Shown piece after piece: positions 58,179-64,000 of a stretch of DNA of 64,000 nt (its first letter is position 1; each line of letters starts with the position of its first letter). The stretch is from Stylophora pistillata. Taxonomy: Eukaryota. The stretch covers positions 261,021 to 325,020 of the forward strand of contig NW_019217812.1 in NCBI RefSeq assembly GCF_002571385.2, read 5' to 3'. Both the position numbers and the translations under genes were made by a program. The notes below the pieces were generated by a model. It worked only from the letters and a program-made list of their open reading frames with translations. It did not search any database and was not told where the DNA came from.

Positions 58179-60414
58179 ATGCTACCAGATGACATTTGGC
58201 TGGAGATTTTTACATTCCTTTCTCAGAAAGATCTTCTCAGAGTTTCATCCGTTTGTCGAGCGTGGTATCGCCTGTCACATGATAGTTCGCTTTGGTCGAG
58301 TCTAGATCTTGAACCATTCTACAAATCATTACAAGGGGAAACAATACTGAGGTTGATAAATACTTTATTTGCACCAAGTGGAAAGCATCTTGTTCTTAAT
58401 AAGAATCTTGTAACTTCCGAGATGTTGCAAAGTTTGTTCACAAATTGTCGCAGATTAAAAAGTTTAAGTCTGAACGACTGCAGGTTCCATTCCGCTGGAC
58501 CTTGGTATGAGCTGACGTGTGATCAGGTGGAGACGCTAATTTTTTTAGACTTGAGGAACGCCAGCGGATTCGCTGCAGGAGTAGAGGATATCTTGATACA
58601 AGCATACAATCTCAAATACTTAGGTAAGTATGTCAACTTTATGCGTTTTCCAACTCCCTTTAGTTGATAACTATGTCAGTAAGCCGGATTTGATCAAATA
58701 GAAGAGTCACATGCTCTCGAGGCTAAGTGAGGAGGTAGTGCAGAGAAAACTGTTTCCTTTGACCAGTACAAATAAAAAAAGGAAAAAGAAAACTCTTCTT
58801 GGGATTTTACATTTCGCTCATTATGAACATCTTGGCGTCCAAAACGAATGGAGTTCAAATTGTGTATCTTCATTTGTTATGTTTGAATCCGCTCTTTTTA
58901 CGAATTAGGCGATCGGGCACTGTTACCACAAAGATCAACTGTGACCATTAAACCGGCTATCTTGCATGTGTCAAACTATAGCAACTGAGAATATATGGGT
59001 GAGGTGTGGCACCGACGACTAGAACAAATAGTAATACAGCGTTACGGTAGCCTGCGTAACTGGCACCCTTGCTTCGTTCATCAAGTTGTTCCACGCTCGT
59101 GACATGGCGAAAGACATCCTCTTGATCTCATTACCGAGGCCCAAATTTTCTGTCTCATAAAATATTTTAAAACATGACGAAAAGTCCCATTCAATAGAGC
59201 ATTCAGTCGATTTTAATGCGAGTTTTCACTATAGGGTTGAAAAACTATAGAAAAATCGATTTGGTTGCTTTCCAAGAGTCAGTCATCAAGTTTTCTTGGT
59301 GTTTTTTCTTACTTATAGAAAATGCTTCAACAGCAGATTGTTAAAATAAATATGACAGTAACGTAGTTCAAAGTAACAAAGAAGTATTCCGTGATACCGT
59401 GATTTTATTTTGCCAAATGAGCCTTGAAGAGATAATTGTTGTTTTATATTACGTACTGACTATGTAATGTTTGCTCCAGGTCTTCATTGTTGTATCAGTC
59501 CTCGATTGCTGATCAGGATGTTTATAACAAAGCACAACCTATGCATAATTGACTGTACACAATGTGATTGGGTCACAGACGACAGTATTCAAACCATTGC
59601 AGAGAACTCTTTCTTTTTGGAGGCAATGTGTGTCGCAAAGTGCCGCAATTTACAAGGAAGAACGCTTAACATATTATTGGAAAAATGTCCGCGTTTAAAA
59701 ACGCTCATTTTAGAAGGAACACAGATAATAGATGAGTATATCAGACTGGTGGACTGGAGTCAAACAAACATAACCGAGTTGAATGTACTTCGTTGTTACC
59801 GCTTGTCATTTTCAGGGCTGTCAGAAATTCTCCCCAATCTAAAGCGCTTGCGCTACCTTAAGTGCGCGCTGACCGACGAAGTCCTAAAGCTCATAGCGAA
59901 CGGTTATCCTTTATTGGAAGTTCTATTCCTTCATCGGCGCTACCCAGTGACAGTACAGTGCGTCAGCGATTTACTGTTTCATTGTCCAACTTTGACCTGT
60001 CTTGATCTCTCATCCATTCCTTTGGCTTTTATATTCTTCGAGAGCTTTCTTCCCAGCATGCCTCGGCTTCGAATGTTGAGTTTTGCTGGCAACGAGCTTC
60101 TGGGTACTGAAAAAATTATTCGTTCGCTGGCTAGAAACTGCCCAGATTTGGAAGTTACATGTGTCAACTATTTCCATTCAACTAACAATTTCGAAATTGA
60201 ACGTGCCTTTGTGTATTTGTTACAGAGGTGTAGGAAGTTCAAAAAGCTCATTTTAAATGGTCTATTTGTTAACAATTTGATCTTATCCATCAGAAGTTTG
60301 GCATATTATGTGTGCAACAGGGAAGATGTATCAATATTAGAAAATAAGCACTTTTTTCTTCCCGGGCCCCGAAATTGCTTAGATAATGTTAAAAATGGCA
60401 ACCATTGGTACTAA
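58179..60414 (+). CDS. F-box/leucine-rich-repeat protein (FBXL-type), 2 exons, ~459 aa
   Basis: Exons 58179-58623 (TTA G|gtaagt) and 59480-60414 (tccag|GT CTT). F-box LPDDIWLEIFTFLSQKDLLRVSSVCRAWYRLSHDSSLW, then cysteine-containing LRRs (CRRLKSLSLNDC, CPRLKTLILEG, CPTLTCLDLS, CPDLEV). The start codon could lie in an undetected upstream exon. Confidence 0.88.
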
Positions 60415-63400
60415 TATACCATTTAGAAACAATAGCCATTTGCTGGTGAAGAGTGCGTGGAAACAATCCTTAATTTTATGGATTTTTGTTGTGGCAAAGA
60501 ATAGGTATTTAAAAAGTGATTTTCGTGAGTTCCATCACTTAGAGGGTCGATTATCGATTCTTGGAGATAACTGATTTGAGTTATTGTGCTGGCGATAATC
60601 AGAATGGAATCCTTACTTTGGTATGTATATGTATATTGCCTTTTTTCAGATTGTGTGATTTTCTTTGGGGACCCGGGATGGATGGGCTCAGGGGAGGGGG
60701 GTTGGAGATGTAGAGCGTGCAAATGACAAGCTTTCTTCGTCTTACTAACTAATTTTGCAAGATATCTCTCAAGAGACCATTAACTTTACACACATAATTG
60801 ACAAGGTAAAAGTATAGGACACAAGTAAATAAAAGCAAATCAGTATAATATCTTTGTTTTATCAGGAATCAACAAGCATGTTCCGAATTTTCGGTAAACG
60901 TTATATGTGTCAACCCTTTCAGCTAGTTGGACCAAACCAAGTCTGTTGATTCAGTCTTCACCGGTATATCCTGAAAGACGATCTCAGTATGTCAGGCAGT
61001 ATATTCAACTGAATGTGCCTGCACTAAGAACAACATTATGAAACACTGAGTTCTCCTCATGACAATATAACGCACCTACTTAATTCTAAACAGGCTCTTT
61101 TCATAGACGTGCCTTAAAAAAATTATTAATATTTAATACTGAGGTGGGGGGAAAGTAAATATTTCATTTGGAGCTGTACATGTTATTGTTCATCCTACAC
61201 ACTAAAGGTTGGAAAGGTGTTAAGTTTATACAGGTAAGCGTTTAATCCTATCTGGCAATATTTCTTACTTTCGAGCTGACTGTCTGCCTCTACATTAACG
61301 CTTGTTGAATATTGTCATTCGAACGGAAATTGGAACTCCTGCACCAATTGGCACGCTGCTTTTATTCAAGAAATGAAAATGCTCAGCTTCTTTCTGAAAA
61401 ATTTGCTGACAAAACCTAAAGATTTCCTGTTTCCTCAGCAAGTCCTTGTTCATCGTTTATATAACAGCATGCCAAATTATTAATCACAGTTAAAATCTCC
61501 GTGCCTTTTTGTGAGGGGGTTACCATCTTTTGTTCAAATAAACAATATCCAATGCTGTTTAAACATGCTAGGAGCACGCAAGACTATGAAGTGTTCCTGG
61601 TGACTTTCTTACATTGATTTTCGTGTTTTGTGATAAGACCCAACAAAACACTCTTAATGGATGAAGCTAAGGAAAGCATAGATTTCAACAAAACTATAGA
61701 TACAGTTATGCACTTCACATAAGAATATGCCATCCGGCTATCTTAGAATGAAGAGGTTGGTGTGATTAGGCGATATGAGGCTTTAAACCGATCACGAAAG
61801 TGGTAGAAAAGAGTGCCGCCTAACAATAAAATCATCATATTTCATATATCGTGGCTTCAATCGTGTGAACAAGGAAGGCCCTGTGATTGATAAGCTGTTT
61901 AAAACTTTTTTTTTTTTAACAGATTTAACATTCCCTCGCGATGCAAAAAGAAATACTTAAGCACACCACTCCTTCGAGTCCGAGAGAAACTCTTGAAAAT
62001 TAAGCTAAAGAATTCACAGTGATCGTGCTCGAAATGGAAGCTACTTCAAACTACATCACAATTCTGCATAGCAGCCTTTAAAGCATGAAGCATAATATCT
62101 CAGCTGCGAAGGCGAGAGCTGGATTTCCACAAAAACAGAGACAATGATAAACCACGAATAATTACATACAGCTTTAGCGCATAGCAACATTTAGCCTTTT
62201 TAGATTTGCTTCTGCATCCACACAGCATTAACTTAAAATTTTTCCCAGTGCAGTGACGCGCCATGAAAAGAAGCAGATATACGGGCGTTGTTTGCAAAGT
62301 TCAAATGTTTTCAGAAGCCTTCACTATTTCATAACAGGTAGTGATTGCTGGGCATCATGAAAATTTCCAGTCTAAAACCATTACTCATCACCCAGAATGC
62401 TCAGAATCCCTTTTAAAGAGCAGGGCCACACGAATAGGGATGAATCGAGAAGAAAAAGTCAAGAGTTCTTGGCTTCTTTGTATTCGAATAAATGATAACA
62501 CTCAGTTGATTAAAGTAAACATTATGGGTAAGTGTCGCTCTTACTTTCAATACGGAGAAAAATGCTGCTAAAAATAACTGAATATGTTAAATTCACAAGT
62601 AGTTTCAGTACTGGTTTTTCACTCCGTGGAAAGGTCAAGTGTTAACATCAGGTGAAGGCGATCAGTTGACGGTCATGCTTTAGTCTTGCTGTTCTGGACA
62701 CTCAATATAAGATTTTTGTGTTCACAAATGCCGATATCGCTTTCTAGTGTTCAGTCGATACTTCTGTTTGTCCTCATGGGCATGACTTATTTAGACTTGT
62801 AAACATCATGTCTGAGGTCCTCAACAAAGAAATTTTAAGTTTTGTCTAGTCGGTCAGTAAACCTCGATTTGATTTGGCACATAATTGAATAAAATTTTGT
62901 TGACGTGCAAAATAGCATTTGCGCTCGCATGCTCCAAGATAAAAACTTATTGTTGTACTTTTTTATATTTGTTTATGAGCTTCAACCACGCAAAATTACT
63001 GACCGGATGTCAGTTTGTGTACGCTATCTGTCGTATTCAACTACTAATGCATTCTTGATATGATAAAAATACGGTTGATCCCGATGAGAAAACGGTTACC
63101 TCTACCATGTTTCACTTTTCTTTCGCCGTCAAATCTTTAAAGAGTCACTATTGAGCTGCTGACGGTAAATCACAGAATAAAAAAAAATGGAGTAGACACA
63201 ATGTCTTGATCTGTGTTACAAGCAGCCATAAAAAGATTAAGAGTGATGTTGGCATTTCCATTCCTGTGAGTATCGGCGCTACATTTTTAAGTGCGTTTGT
63301 TACTAAATATATCAATCGAAAATAAAACAAGATTGGAGCAGCAAACGCAAACGAAACATTGAGACATCCTGTTACCTAAATAAAAACGTTGGGAGGGTTG

Positions 63401-64000
63401 AATAACTACATCTAGAATAGAGCTGGGTACACTATTGTCCCCAAAGATGATTTCAAGTCACTACTGGTAGCAGACATATGCAAGTAATGCTTAAGTAAGA
63501 TGTTTGTATGGGTTCAAGGTGAGTATCGACTATCGACTATGGAATACTCTTTTTTTATTTAGAGAAGGTTTTCTTGACTCGATATTGATTATCTTAAACT
63601 TTCAAGATTACTAAGATTGTCACTTCTCCTTCCATCGTCAAATTACTAGTCCTAGTTTGTACGATGGTCCCTGACAATTTATTTCTGATTTATATATTGA
63701 CTAAATGAATATATCAAATACTTTCGCTCGTCAACTAAGTAGAACAGGCAACACTGACATGTTATGCTGGTAGCCTGTATCTCAAGCCTATCTTCAGAAA
63801 ATTTTGATTACGCGTAGGAACAAAATTTTCCCAATTTAGAAAATCCTCACAATGTGCATCAAAATAAGGGGATCACAAGTAAAAGAGAAAATCAGCAGCA
63901 GCTGTGGAATTTGAGAGGCTTGGATGGCTGAAACACGAGGGAACGATGCCAGACAAGTGTTGAACCAAGGAATTATCCTAGTGTTGAGCTATCTGAAAGA

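Noticed and set aside
60840-63400. Possible decayed coding sequence on the minus strand
   Set aside because: Short protein-like stretches broken by many stops. No family is recognisable, so it cannot be supported without a translated search.

Overview
Intron-rich, AT-rich eukaryotic genomic DNA. The gene set and repeat families suggest a cnidarian, probably a stony coral (inference). There are two assembly gaps (28032-28543, 44205-44963). I reconstructed splice structures by hand, checking phase at every junction. Genes in order: (1) SLC25A11-type mitochondrial 2-oxoglutarate/malate carrier on the minus strand, 11 exons, 3' end outside the window; (2) a divergently transcribed SPSB/gustavus SPRY-SOCS-box gene; (3) an intronless orphan gene plus a degraded tandem paralogue interrupted by a head-to-head SINE pair; (4) a multiply frameshifted TRPA1-like ankyrin/ion-channel pseudogene on the minus strand; (5) a 34-exon FHAD1 orthologue (~1457 aa) with an RFX X-box in its promoter, a U12-type intron inside the FHA region, a degenerate phospho-binding site and an in-frame triplicated splice donor; (6) a two-exon F-box/LRR gene. 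Mobile DNA includes tRNA-derived Deu-domain SINEs, CR1/L2 LINE fragments, a Crypton-like remnant and palindromic MITE-like repeats. Three Penelope-like insertions in FHAD1 introns carry minimal type-I hammerhead ribozyme motifs in inverted arrangements, and two of them have clear target-site duplications.
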